A stretch of 32,000 nt of DNA from an uncultured archaeon (GTDB taxonomy: Archaea > Asgardarchaeota > Jordiarchaeia > Jordiarchaeales > Jordiarchaeaceae). The DNA is taken from positions 1 to 32,000 of the forward strand of contig CAZECW010000090.1 in assembly GCA_964510585.1 (NCBI GenBank), written 5' to 3'. The stretch's first letter is position 1. Each line of letters opens with the position of its first letter. A program made the position numbers and the translations under genes. Positions 17,750-27,265 of the stretch are shown here, one piece after another. A model generated the notes under the pieces. It was not told the DNA's origin, made no database searches, and saw nothing but the letters and a program-made list of their open reading frames with translations.

Positions 17750-18346
17750 TTAGGTTCTTCTTAGCTCCACTAGGTATTTTCTGGTCAATATGGGGTTGAA
17801 GGTGAGGCGTTTACTGATTACGAGGGTGTTCTGGTATTTAGAGTAGTATAATTTTAGACGGAGGTTTTTCTCCGACCTATTTACTAGCTTATTTATTAGT
17901 GCTTGTGCCATCTTCCTGGATTCTAGGGCTGTGGATGCAAAACGTTTCACATTTAGGCGCGTATTCCTTATGTAAACTATCCAGTCACCAAAAACAATTA
18001 AGACTACTAGAAGTAGGATTGGTACGGCGCTGAAAGGGGTAAACTCCATTCCTATTTGGTGGGTGCTGGTTAATGTGAGAAATGTGGAGATAAAACCGGA
18101 GGCAACCACGAGAAGCATTAAGAGTAGAATTAATCTGTAACCTGAAGATTTTTTGTAGGTTGTTCGCATTTCTTCCAACTTTTTCTTCAAAAGAGGCCAG
18201 TTGACCTCCGCCTCTCTTCCCACTATGTCCATTGCTCCATCTAGGCTGGGATCCCTTGACAACCTGTCTGTGAATAGAGGAGGCTTAAGTCCAGCATAGG
18301 CGTCCAACTCCTCTATCCACACTTTTAGCCTTTTTTCCAACAACAT
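17750..18346 (-). CDS. Hypothetical membrane protein (2 TM helices)
   Basis: 198 aa with two central hydrophobic segments and a basic C-terminal domain. A BRE/TATA lies upstream. Confidence 0.7.
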   Translation of the reverse strand: MLLEKRLKVWIEELDAYAGLKPPLFTDRLSRDPSLDGAMDIVGREAEVNWPLLKKKLEEMRTTYKKSSGYRLILLLMLLVVASGFISTFLTLTSTHQIGMEFTPFSAVPILLLVVLIVFGDWIVYIRNTRLNVKRFASTALESRKMAQALINKLVNRSEKNLRLKLYYSKYQNTLVISKRLTFNPILTRKYLVELRRT

Positions 18347-18395
18347 CTTTATCGCTTATCCAGGGTTGTTGAAGCTGGGAGCAAGCATTTCATAT

Positions 18396-18450
18396 ATCTT
18401 AAACTTTCCTATTATTAATCTGATAGCCTATTAGGGGAAAGTTTTAAGAT
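18396..18450. promoter_or_regulatory. Back-to-back near-identical divergent promoters (inverted repeat)
   Basis: ATCTTAAACTTTCC (18396-18409; minus strand GGAAAGTTTAAGAT) and GGAAAGTTTTAAGAT (18436-18450). Each is BRE+TATA-like and points to the adjacent gene. Confidence 0.6.
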
Positions 18451-18492
18451 TTTCGTGTGTTACTTTTCTTTGCTAATCTAAAGGGATGCCCC

Positions 18493-19596
18493 ATGATTGA
18501 GGTTTTTGAGGATCTTGTAACTAACCGTCATGTTAATGCTTTGCGATGGAAAAATAGTGGTAGGAAGATTTTCGGCTACTTCTGTTCATATGCTCCTGAG
18601 GAAATTATTCATGCTGCGGGAATTATACCTGTGAGAGTGATGGGTGGTTCCGAAGCTATTACTCTGGCAGATGTTCACCTGCCGAGTTATGTGTGTTCTT
18701 TTTCTCGCAGTTGTTACGATTTGGGCCTGAAGGATGTTTACAATTATCTGGATGGTGTAGTGTTCCCCTATACTTGTGATACTATGGTTTCGCTTTACAA
18801 TATTTGGAGGAAGGATATTAAAACACCCTATGTGGGCTTCGTTGATCCTCTATGTGCAAAGAGGGAGACCTCAAGGAAATATTTTCGGGAGGAAATTGCT
18901 CGCTTTAGGTCGTCGCTTGAAAAATTTCTGGGGAGGGAGATTTCAGAGGATTGTCTCGAGAAGTCAATTGAAATTTATAATGAGAATAGGAAACTTTTGA
19001 AGAAAATTTATGAGCTTAGAAAAAATTCGATTCCCCCCATTTCTGGAGTGGAAGCCTTAAGCGTAGTTAGATCGAGTATGTTGGCTCCCAAGGAGGAGCA
19101 CAGTCGCCTACTTGAAAACTTCCTGATTAAAATCTTAGAGAGGGAAGATGTGCCTGAGCCGGGGTTGAGGATACTTGTTTCTGGTAGTGTGATTTATGAC
19201 TCTGAAATACTTAAAATGATTGAGGATGCTGGGGGGCTCATAGTAACCGATGATCTTTGCACTGGGACCCGTTACTTCTGGGATATGGTTAACCCTAAAA
19301 CTTCTCCTCTGGTCGCCATTGCGGATCGGTACTATGAGAGGATTCCCTGCCCTTGTAATTATCCTCCCGAAAAACGTTTAGAACATATCATGAATCTTGT
19401 AAAGGACTTTAAAGTTGAGGCGGTCATCTTCGTCTTACAGAAGTTTTGTGATCCTCACTTATTCGACTATCCCTTTATGGAGGATAGATTGAAGGAGGTT
19501 GAAATACCAACACTTCTCATTGAAACTGAACATGTGAACTCGCCCATAGGTCCCCTTAAAACAAGAATCGAAGCCTTTTTTGAAACAATTCAATAA
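18493..19596 (+). CDS. 2-hydroxyacyl-CoA dehydratase / benzoyl-CoA reductase family subunit (HgdB/FldC/BzdN-like)
   Basis: GYFCSYAPEEIIHAAGIIPVRV, VCSFSRSC, FPYTCD, DDLCTGTRY, CPC, KFCDPHLFDYP, TRIEAFFE. ATG 18493 is preferred over the ORF-track start at 18457. Confidence 0.9.
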   Translation: MIEVFEDLVTNRHVNALRWKNSGRKIFGYFCSYAPEEIIHAAGIIPVRVMGGSEAITLADVHLPSYVCSFSRSCYDLGLKDVYNYLDGVVFPYTCDTMVSLYNIWRKDIKTPYVGFVDPLCAKRETSRKYFREEIARFRSSLEKFLGREISEDCLEKSIEIYNENRKLLKKIYELRKNSIPPISGVEALSVVRSSMLAPKEEHSRLLENFLIKILEREDVPEPGLRILVSGSVIYDSEILKMIEDAGGLIVTDDLCTGTRYFWDMVNPKTSPLVAIADRYYERIPCPCNYPPEKRLEHIMNLVKDFKVEAVIFVLQKFCDPHLFDYPFMEDRLKEVEIPTLLIETEHVNSPIGPLKTRIEAFFETIQ

Positions 19597-19610
19597 TTGG
19601 TGGATTAAAA

Positions 19611-20810
19611 TTGACAGAAAGAGGAAAAAAGTCTCTGGAGACTTCAAAAGAAGTCTTTAAGTTAGCTTCCCAACACTACCTGGGTGCGCATGAAGCCAAA
19701 AGGATGGGTAAACCTGTAACTTGGATGACTGGATACGACCCTGTAGAACTACTCTACGCCATGGATATCGCGGTTGTGTATCCTGAAAATTATTCTGCGT
19801 TGTGCGCCGTCACCCAAGTGGCACCAAAATTTATTGAGAAATGTGAAAGTTTAGGGTATTCTCGTGATTTGTGTTCTTATGCTAGAAATACCATAGGCAC
19901 GACATTTTCTCAGGATGCTCCCTTTGGCGGCCTTGCTCCTCCCGACTTTTTAGTTGTGGCAAGGAAATTTTGTAAGACCCATATAAAGTGGTGGCAAGTA
20001 CTAAGCCGCAGATTTAACTGCCCCCTCTTCATAATAGACGCCCCATACATTACCGGTAAAGTGGAAGACTACCACATAGACCACTACTTAGCCCAGCTTG
20101 AAGAGTTAATAGCGTTTTTGGAGAAGCAGACTGGGAAAAAAATGGACTATGATAAACTCGCAGAAGTAGTTAAACTGTCTGATAGGGCGAGCGCTCTTTG
20201 GGACGAAATTATGGAAATGCGCAAAAATGTTCCCTGCCCTGTGGGAGCCGCTGATATTTTATCCTGCATGTTTGGCATAGTGACTCTTCCCGGAACCCGT
20301 ACAGCTGTAGAGTTCTATGAGAGATTGAGGGATGAGGTTAAGGAGAGGGTCAAGAACAAGATTGGCACCGTGCCCGTGGAGAGATTCCGTCTAACCTGGG
20401 ACAACATAGTCATGTGGTATAATGTGGGATTAACAAACTACTTCCAAAAGTATGGAGCAGTTTTTGTATTTGAAGGCTACACTATGGTTTGGAGTGGACG
20501 CCTAGACCCTCAAAAACCATTAGAATCGCTGGCCAAGAAGTACCTAACACCCTTCATAGAGCTGAACAATAGGGCCTGGTCCATGGTTGAGCTTTGTAAA
20601 CAGTATAAGGTGGACGGAGCAGTAATGCACTCCAACAGAAGCTGCAAATTTTTATCACTACTACAATATGAACTAAAAGACATCTTGATGGAAGAACTTG
20701 GGATACCCTCACTAATACTAGAAGGAGACCACTGCGATGGAAGAGCCTACTCCGACGCCCAAATTAGGACCAGAATCGACGCCTTCATGGAACTATTAGA
20801 GAAGAGATAG
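19611..20810 (+). CDS. 2-hydroxyacyl-CoA dehydratase / benzoyl-CoA reductase family subunit (HgdA/FldB/BzdO-like)
   Basis: PVELLYAMD..VVYPEN, GYSRDLCSYAR, PPDFLV....C...KW, HSNRSCK, EGDHCDGR.YSDAQIRTRIDAFME. Confidence 0.9.
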   Translation: MTERGKKSLETSKEVFKLASQHYLGAHEAKRMGKPVTWMTGYDPVELLYAMDIAVVYPENYSALCAVTQVAPKFIEKCESLGYSRDLCSYARNTIGTTFSQDAPFGGLAPPDFLVVARKFCKTHIKWWQVLSRRFNCPLFIIDAPYITGKVEDYHIDHYLAQLEELIAFLEKQTGKKMDYDKLAEVVKLSDRASALWDEIMEMRKNVPCPVGAADILSCMFGIVTLPGTRTAVEFYERLRDEVKERVKNKIGTVPVERFRLTWDNIVMWYNVGLTNYFQKYGAVFVFEGYTMVWSGRLDPQKPLESLAKKYLTPFIELNNRAWSMVELCKQYKVDGAVMHSNRSCKFLSLLQYELKDILMEELGIPSLILEGDHCDGRAYSDAQIRTRIDAFMELLEKR

Positions 20811-20879
20811 ATTGATTCCTCCACTTATGCGTTGAGCCATCCGCTTACATTAACAATTGGCGATGTTGGGAGAGCCGTT

Positions 20880-21656
20880 ATGTATGTTGCCGGAATAGAT
20901 ATTGGGGCGCTTACCGCAAAATCGGTCATTTTGAAAGACGGCAAAGTTTTGGCTTTCACTGTTATTCCCTCGGGGTCAGATAGCAAGGAAACTGCACAGA
21001 AAGTTATGGATGCCACCCTAAGTAAAGCCGGACTCTGCTTGAAAAATGTTGATTTTACGGTTTCCACAGGTTATGGTCGCATAAGTGTTCCCTTTGCAGA
21101 CCTGCAGGTTACTGAGATTTCCTGCCACGCTAAAGGTGCTTATTCACTTTTTCCCACCGCAAAAACAGTGATTGATATTGGGGGACAGGACAGTAAGGCC
21201 ATCAAATTAGGCGAGAACGGTAAGGTGGTGGACTTTGCTATGAATGATAGATGCGCCGCTGGTACGGGTAGATTTCTGGAGGTTATGGCTAAGGCTCTGG
21301 AGGTGAAATTAGAGGATATGGGAGACCTCTCTCTTCAATCTAAAAATAGGGCAAAGATCAGTAGCATATGCACAGTTTTTGCGGAGTCCGAAGTAATTTC
21401 ACAAATCTCTAGGGGAACCCCCAAAGTGGACATAATAGCGGGGATACATGATGCCATTGCTAGCAGGGTCTTTGGAATGGCCAGCAGGGTAAAAATTGAG
21501 AAGGATTTGGTTATGACTGGGGGAGTAGCCAAAAATAAGGGCGTTATAAAGGCCCTGGAAGAGAAGGTGGGATTCAAAATTCTGGTGCCCGAAGAACCAC
21601 AAATAGTGGGAGCCTTGGGTGCAGCTATAATAGCCCAAGAAAAAGCAGCAAAATAG
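20880..21656 (+). CDS. ATP-dependent [4Fe-4S] activator (HgdC/HadI/BadFG-BcrAD ASKHA family)
   Basis: YVAGIDIGALTAK, STGYGR, EISCHAKGA, IDIGGQDSK, MNDRCAAGTGRFLE, ISSICTVFAESEVIS, TGGVAKN, PQIVGALGAA. ATG 20880 follows a GGGAG RBS. Confidence 0.93.
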   Translation: MYVAGIDIGALTAKSVILKDGKVLAFTVIPSGSDSKETAQKVMDATLSKAGLCLKNVDFTVSTGYGRISVPFADLQVTEISCHAKGAYSLFPTAKTVIDIGGQDSKAIKLGENGKVVDFAMNDRCAAGTGRFLEVMAKALEVKLEDMGDLSLQSKNRAKISSICTVFAESEVISQISRGTPKVDIIAGIHDAIASRVFGMASRVKIEKDLVMTGGVAKNKGVIKALEEKVGFKILVPEEPQIVGALGAAIIAQEKAAK

Positions 21657-21817
21657 TTTGAAAAACTCATCAAAGAGTGGTAAAATTTCAGATACTTTTA
21701 TACGTCCATAAAAGATAGAATTTAACAGTCATCACACTTAAAGAGTAAATAGTTAACTATTAAGATTCTGAAAGTGGCGAAAACAGGTTTGTTTAAGATT
21801 GTTGGTGGTGTTGAGGA

Positions 21818-23206
21818 GTGGCTGACATAAAGCCGAAATATTTCACGGAACAAGAAATTATTGATTTATTGTCCGAAGTGACTGATGAGGAACTACAAAA
21901 CTGTCATAAGCACGAGCTTGTCCCCTCAAAAGACGTCATTCTGTATCAAGGTATACCCGGTGAGGCCAGAGTTAAGGATTCCAAGGGTAAAGAGTACATT
22001 GATTTTACATCCCAAGCTTGGACTCTGGGAATAGGCTACATACAGCAAGACGTCATGTTTGCAGCCATGGAGCAGATGAAACGCTTATCTCACGCCCGCA
22101 ACCAGTTCCAGACGATTCCTCGTATAAAGCTTGTCAACAAACTTTCACAAATTGCACCCGGCAACCTGAAAAACGTGGTGTTAAACACTCAAGGAGGCTC
22201 TGTGGCAGTTGAAGTGGCTCTAAAATTAGCAATGGTGAACAGACCAGCGGACCAAGATATTTTCATAACTATGTGGGGAGGATACCACGGCAACACTCTC
22301 GCCATGATGGCTCCCACACACTACATGCCCCTAGTAGTTCGATACCGCGGCTTCGGAAGAGAACACTTCGTTAAATCCCCCTTCCCCTACTGCTACCGAT
22401 GCCCCTTCGGCGAAAAAGACATCTCCGAATGCGGAAATCTATGTCTAACCATGCTTCAAAAAACCATAGATTACGGTTGCCAAGGATTGCCCATAGGCGT
22501 GCTACTTGAACCCATTCAGGGACCAATGGGTGAAGTGCCGGCTCCCCCCGAGTTCATAAAGGGTGTCAGAGAGGTTTGCGATAAGAACAATCTCCTACTT
22601 ATCTTCGACGAGTCCCAAACTGCATTCGGTAGAATAGGCACAATGTTTGCAGCTGAATACTATGAGACAGTCCCCGACATTATGGCTCTCACTAAGGCTC
22701 TGGGAGGTGGATTCCCCATGGGCGCAACACTAGCCAGCGAGAAACTGGGAATGTTCACCCCCGCAGAACAGCATAGCACCTTCAGCGCAAACCCCGTCTG
22801 CTACGCCGCCGCACTGGTAAACTTGATGCTCATAGAAAAGCTGGACTTGCCCAAGAGAGCAGAAGAAATGGGAAGATACCTAATGAAAAGATTTCTGGAG
22901 CTTCAGGAGAAATACCCTATAATGGGTGATGTGCGGGGCATTGGACTATTCCAGGGAGTGGAACTGGTAAAAGACCCCAAAACAAAAGTTCCCGCAAACA
23001 CCGCAGCAGAAGAATTCGTAAATGAAGCCCTCAAAAGAGGATTAATACTCGACCTAAGCCAACCAGTAATAACCATACATGGAGACTTTTATAGAAACAC
23101 CCTAACCATAAAACCACCACTAGTAATTACACGAGAACAAGTTGACCGCGCTCTAGAAATTTTTGAAGAATGTCTACAAACAGTTACACCCCTCATAAAA
23201 GCGTAA
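21818..23206 (+). CDS. Class III (omega-amino/ornithine/GABA-type) PLP aminotransferase
   Basis: KEYIDFTS, GGYHGNT, LLEPIQG, IFDESQTAFGRIG, PDIMALTKALGGGFP (PLP Lys), HSTFSANP, GDVRGIGLFQGVELV, IKPPLVI. Confidence 0.92.
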   Translation: MADIKPKYFTEQEIIDLLSEVTDEELQNCHKHELVPSKDVILYQGIPGEARVKDSKGKEYIDFTSQAWTLGIGYIQQDVMFAAMEQMKRLSHARNQFQTIPRIKLVNKLSQIAPGNLKNVVLNTQGGSVAVEVALKLAMVNRPADQDIFITMWGGYHGNTLAMMAPTHYMPLVVRYRGFGREHFVKSPFPYCYRCPFGEKDISECGNLCLTMLQKTIDYGCQGLPIGVLLEPIQGPMGEVPAPPEFIKGVREVCDKNNLLLIFDESQTAFGRIGTMFAAEYYETVPDIMALTKALGGGFPMGATLASEKLGMFTPAEQHSTFSANPVCYAAALVNLMLIEKLDLPKRAEEMGRYLMKRFLELQEKYPIMGDVRGIGLFQGVELVKDPKTKVPANTAAEEFVNEALKRGLILDLSQPVITIHGDFYRNTLTIKPPLVITREQVDRALEIFEECLQTVTPLIKA

Positions 23207-23408
23207 AAAACTAAACCCCTCACCTTCCTTTTTTCAATTCTCCAACCGAAAAAATGAGACTCCTGCCTCCCCCTAATTGTTCTAAACAGCTTGAAAATCT
23301 ATTTATATTTCGAAGATACAATTAAGAAATTATTTAAGAAAGAAGTTGGTAAATACTTTAGCAAAAAATTGAAAAATTTAATCCCTAAGGATTCAGGAGG
23401 CTAAAGAG

Positions 23409-25007
23409 TTGGGAGAACAATGCATATTAACACATGATGTTGGCACATCAGGTAACAAAGCAGCACTAGTAAGTACATCAGGCAAAATATTAGGAGTAGC
23501 CGAGAAGAATTACGATGTGAACTATCCAAAGCCGGGATGGGCGGAACAAGACCCAAAACAGTACTGGAACGCAGTAGTAGAAACAACCAGAACCCTCCTC
23601 AAAAAAACAAAAACCAACCCCAAAGACATAATTGGAATAAGCCTAGACGCCCAAATGATGTCCGCAATACCCGTAGACAAAGACGGAAACGCCCTCAGAC
23701 CCGCAATGATCTGGCTCGACTCAAGAAGCGAAAAACAATCCGACGAATTCGAAGCCAAATTCGACCCCATAAGCCAACTACTAAACTTCGGAAACCTACC
23801 AATGACAACAGCAAAAGACGTCATCCCCAAAATCTGGTGGATTCGCGACAACGAACCAAAAATATTCCAAAAAGCCTACAAATGGTGCGACGTTAAAGAC
23901 TACGTAATACGCCAACTTGTAGGCGACTTCTACACCGACTGGAGCACCGCACTCCTCTTCGGACTCTTCCACATCCAAAACCACGTCTGGGTCGACGAAC
24001 TAATACAGGGAGTAGGCCTATCAAGAGACAAACTATGCGAAGTTGTAAAAACCACAGACATCGTAGGAACACTAACAAAAGAAGCCGCACAACAGCTGGG
24101 ACTCACCACAGAAACACCAGTAATATGCGGCGCGGGAGACGCCCCCGCCACCCACGTAGGCTCCGGCGCAATAAGAACAAACGAAGGACACCTATACCTC
24201 GGCACATCCGGATGGGTATCCGTAACAGTCGACAACTTCACCGCCGACCCCGACACAGGCATAGCCGCCATATACTCCGGAGTCCCAGGCAAGTTCATGC
24301 TCATAGGTGAAATGGAAAGCGTCGCAGCCCCCTTCAAATGGTTCAAAGACAACCTCGCAGGCCTAGAATGCCTAATGGCTATGGAGAAAGGATGCGACCC
24401 CTACGACGTCATAAACGAAGAAGCAGCGTCAGTAGGACCCGGCGCCAAAAAACTAATCTTCCTACCCTGGATGCTGGGGGAAAGAGCCCCCATACAAGAC
24501 ACCATGGTCAGAGGAGGCTTCATCAACCTAAGCTTCCACCACGGCAGACCAGAAATAGCCAGAGCAATACTAGAAGGAGTAGCCTACCACATAAGATGGA
24601 TAACAAAAAACATACAAAAAATCCTAGACCGAGGAGTCCTAGACCCAGACCAGCCCAAACCTCAAATCTCATCCCTAAACGCCTGCGGAGGAGGAGCCAT
24701 AAGCCCACTTTGGATGCAAATATTCGCCGACGTCCTAAACAAAAGAATACGCCCCCTCAAAGAACCCCGCCACGTCGCAGCACTAGGAGTCGCCATAATA
24801 TCCATGGTAGGACTAGAAATATACCCAGACTTCGAAACCGCCGTAGACAAAATCATCAAAATCGAAAAAGACTACTACCCAAACGAAAACCTAAAACCCA
24901 TATACGACGAAATGTACAACACATTCGAAGGAATCTACCCCAAACTAAAAGAAGTCTACCAAACACTCAACAAAGGCGAAACCACACAAAAACCATTAGA
25001 ACCCTAA
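23409..25007 (+). CDS. FGGY-family carbohydrate kinase (xylulokinase-like)
   Basis: HDVGTSGNKAAL, PGWAEQDP, IWLDSR, KIWWIRDNEP, GAGDA, LGTSGW, LIFLPWMLGERAP, RAILEGVA, GGGA.S.LWMQIFADV. GGAGG RBS, TTG start. Confidence 0.93.
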   Translation: MGEQCILTHDVGTSGNKAALVSTSGKILGVAEKNYDVNYPKPGWAEQDPKQYWNAVVETTRTLLKKTKTNPKDIIGISLDAQMMSAIPVDKDGNALRPAMIWLDSRSEKQSDEFEAKFDPISQLLNFGNLPMTTAKDVIPKIWWIRDNEPKIFQKAYKWCDVKDYVIRQLVGDFYTDWSTALLFGLFHIQNHVWVDELIQGVGLSRDKLCEVVKTTDIVGTLTKEAAQQLGLTTETPVICGAGDAPATHVGSGAIRTNEGHLYLGTSGWVSVTVDNFTADPDTGIAAIYSGVPGKFMLIGEMESVAAPFKWFKDNLAGLECLMAMEKGCDPYDVINEEAASVGPGAKKLIFLPWMLGERAPIQDTMVRGGFINLSFHHGRPEIARAILEGVAYHIRWITKNIQKILDRGVLDPDQPKPQISSLNACGGGAISPLWMQIFADVLNKRIRPLKEPRHVAALGVAIISMVGLEIYPDFETAVDKIIKIEKDYYPNENLKPIYDEMYNTFEGIYPKLKEVYQTLNKGETTQKPLEP

Positions 25008-25390
25008 ACCCCAACCTTTTTTTGAACAACCAACTCAAACACAACCAGCACCAACCTAAAACAGAAAAAAATCTATAACCCCAACAGTCTAATCCAAACC
25101 GTGACCAAAAACTTATCCAAATATAAACTTAAATAGTCATACACGTCACACCAAAATAAAATCAAAAAGCATCCATCTCCTAAAGTCCCCCAAACCCAAA
25201 CCTATCCAGATTAAAACAAAACAATAAAACAAAAATTAAAACTAACAAGCATTAAAACCGAAACACCACCAAAAAACGGAAAAACGTCAAAAAAATCCAA
25301 CAAAAACACTACAAAACCCTAACAGAAACGCATACACCAGCACCAAAAATTATAAAAATTGAAAGAATGAGAACAATAGCTCCAGTCAAC

Positions 25391-26695
25391 TCAAACTAGC
25401 TTACTCGTCTTCCAGGTACCCAGAGCACGACCAAGCTCCTTATGATCCTCAGCATACTTCTCCAGCGGAATACCCTTCATAGCAGCATCAATAGCCTGAC
25501 GGAAGGAAATAGCGCCAGCACGGGGGCCATCAGGATGAGCATGCATCGCCCCACCCACTCCCACCACAAAGTCCCTGCCAATATCAGCCATAATCTGAGG
25601 AACAAGCTGAACAATAATACCACCAGCAGGCATAGGCATCGTCGGCCTCAAATGATAGAATGGAAACGTCAACTCACGCCAAATCTGCAGGTAAGTCTCC
25701 TTCATAAAAGGAGCCTTCCCATACGGAGCGGGATAAACCTCTATATCCGCTCCTGCCAGTCTGCAGAATTTTCCCAGTACGAGCCTGGCATCTATTCCAT
25801 AGTGGGGTGATGGATACATGGTTGCAGCGAAATCGGTATGAGCGAGGATCGGAACTTTTATGCTTGGGTCTTCGGCTAGGTCTCTGAATGTTTCGTATCC
25901 TGTTGTGATGATGTTGACCATGAGGGCGTTGGCTCCTAGTTCTATTGCTCTTTCTGCGAGTTCTAGGGTTTTTTTGGGTCGGTCGGTTATGTTTACTGTG
26001 TAGAGTGTTTTTTCTCCTTTTTCTTCGTTTGCTTTGTCTATTGCTTCCATGAATTTTACTACTCTGTCTTCTACTCGGTTTAGTTCCATGTCTGCTAGTA
26101 GTTCGTCGTCTTTTATTAGGTCTACTCCGCCTGCTGCGACTTCATATGCTAGGTCTGCTCCTATTTCGCATGGTGAGTAGACGCAGGGTTTTATCATGTT
26201 GTTTAGTATGGGTCGGTCTTTTATTCCTAGTACTTGTCTTACTCCTTGTATTCCGAATTTTGGTCCTTTGAATCCTTGTACCCATTTTTTGGGGAAGTTG
26301 AGGTCTAATAGTTTTATTTTTCCTGCGGCTGCGAGGTTTCCGACTACTGTGCTGAATAGTAGGGGTAGGTTGGGTTCTCCGAGGTTTCTTATGGGGTATG
26401 CTATTTGTATTATCCAGTGTCTTTCTTCTGTTTTTGGTAGTTGCCATTGGTGTGGTGGGATTTCGTATACTCCTATTACTCGGGCTGCGTGTAGTTTTCT
26501 GACTTCAGGTGTTTCTTTGGGTACTGGTGTCCATGTTCCGGTGCTTTGTTCTAGTGCTGCGGCTTGGGCTAGTGTGTATCCGTCTAGCCATGAGGGTTGG
26601 ATTGTGTAGTATGTTGCGATTATGTATTCTTCTGGGTCTATGCCTTCGGGTAGTGCTTCGGGTGTTGTTAGTAGTTCGTACTTTTTTTCCACCAT
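25391..26695 (-). CDS. RuBisCO-like protein (Form IV RLP)
   Basis: ALEQSTGTW, VGN, NNMIKPCV, GGVDLIKDDE, ILAHT, RLAGAD..YPAPYGK, PAGG, VGGAMHAHPDGPRAGA.SFRQAIDA. Several residues needed for carboxylation are substituted. AAGGAGG RBS. Confidence 0.92.
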   Translation of the reverse strand: MVEKKYELLTTPEALPEGIDPEEYIIATYYTIQPSWLDGYTLAQAAALEQSTGTWTPVPKETPEVRKLHAARVIGVYEIPPHQWQLPKTEERHWIIQIAYPIRNLGEPNLPLLFSTVVGNLAAAGKIKLLDLNFPKKWVQGFKGPKFGIQGVRQVLGIKDRPILNNMIKPCVYSPCEIGADLAYEVAAGGVDLIKDDELLADMELNRVEDRVVKFMEAIDKANEEKGEKTLYTVNITDRPKKTLELAERAIELGANALMVNIITTGYETFRDLAEDPSIKVPILAHTDFAATMYPSPHYGIDARLVLGKFCRLAGADIEVYPAPYGKAPFMKETYLQIWRELTFPFYHLRPTMPMPAGGIIVQLVPQIMADIGRDFVVGVGGAMHAHPDGPRAGAISFRQAIDAAMKGIPLEKYAEDHKELGRALGTWKTSKLV

Positions 26696-26740
26696 TTTTT
26701 TCCTCCTTTCATTTTTTAGTGGTTTCCAGTGAATACATAT

Positions 26741-26774
26741 TTTTTATGCTTTTATTTTTATGCTTTTATTTTTA
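26741..26774. repeat. Short tandem repeat, 14-bp unit x2.4, upstream of the RLP gene
   Basis: TTTTTATGCTTTTA / TTTTTATGCTTTTA / TTTTTA, starting about 45 nt upstream of the RLP start codon. Confidence 0.6.
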
Positions 26775-27265
26775 TTGGGGTGTTTTGGGTGATGGTGTGG
26801 GATGGTTCGGTTATGCTTTGAAGAAAGAGCTTGCCTATAGCTGATTGTTTAATGTTTGCCCTTACCCTTTTGTCTTGTTGGTGTAATCTACTTGTTTTCG
26901 CGTTTTTATTTACTTTTCCACGTTTTCTATTCTAAACTTTGCATGGTGAAGGTTGTTAATTCGTGTGGGTGGGAAGTGAGGTGTCTTCGGTCTTTTTTAA
27001 TAATGTGTCTATTTGTTAGGGTTTTGTTTGGCGTTTGGTTTGTAGGGTTTTTTCGTGGTTTGGAGGTTTATGGAGGTAGATAAAGTGAGTCTGATTCTCT
27101 TTTGTTCTTTGTTTGAATGTTTGGTTGTCGGTTTTGTGTTTTTGTTTTTTGTTTTTCTTTTTTGGTTGGGGAGTTTGTTGGTGGCGATAGTTTTTTTAGT
27201 GGGGATGGTTCGTTATGTTATATTGTGGGTTTCTGTGTTTGTCTGTGTTGTTTGGAGGTTTGTTT

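Noticed and set aside
24035-25078. Long alternative-frame ORFs overlapping the kinase (24035..24310, 24338..25078, also 23537..23896)
   Set aside because: R/P/T/Q/N-rich translations arise because the A/C-rich strand has few T and therefore few stop codons. They overlap a well-supported gene.
25008-25390. A/C-rich intergenic tract resembling a CRISPR leader, telomere-like repeat or microsatellite
   Set aside because: No periodic repeat unit, no repeat-spacer structure and no cas genes. It is explained by the local strand skew.
25391-26695. Bona fide CO2-fixing RuBisCO (Form III)
   Set aside because: K177, R295, H327 and S379 equivalents are substituted, so it is a Form IV RLP.
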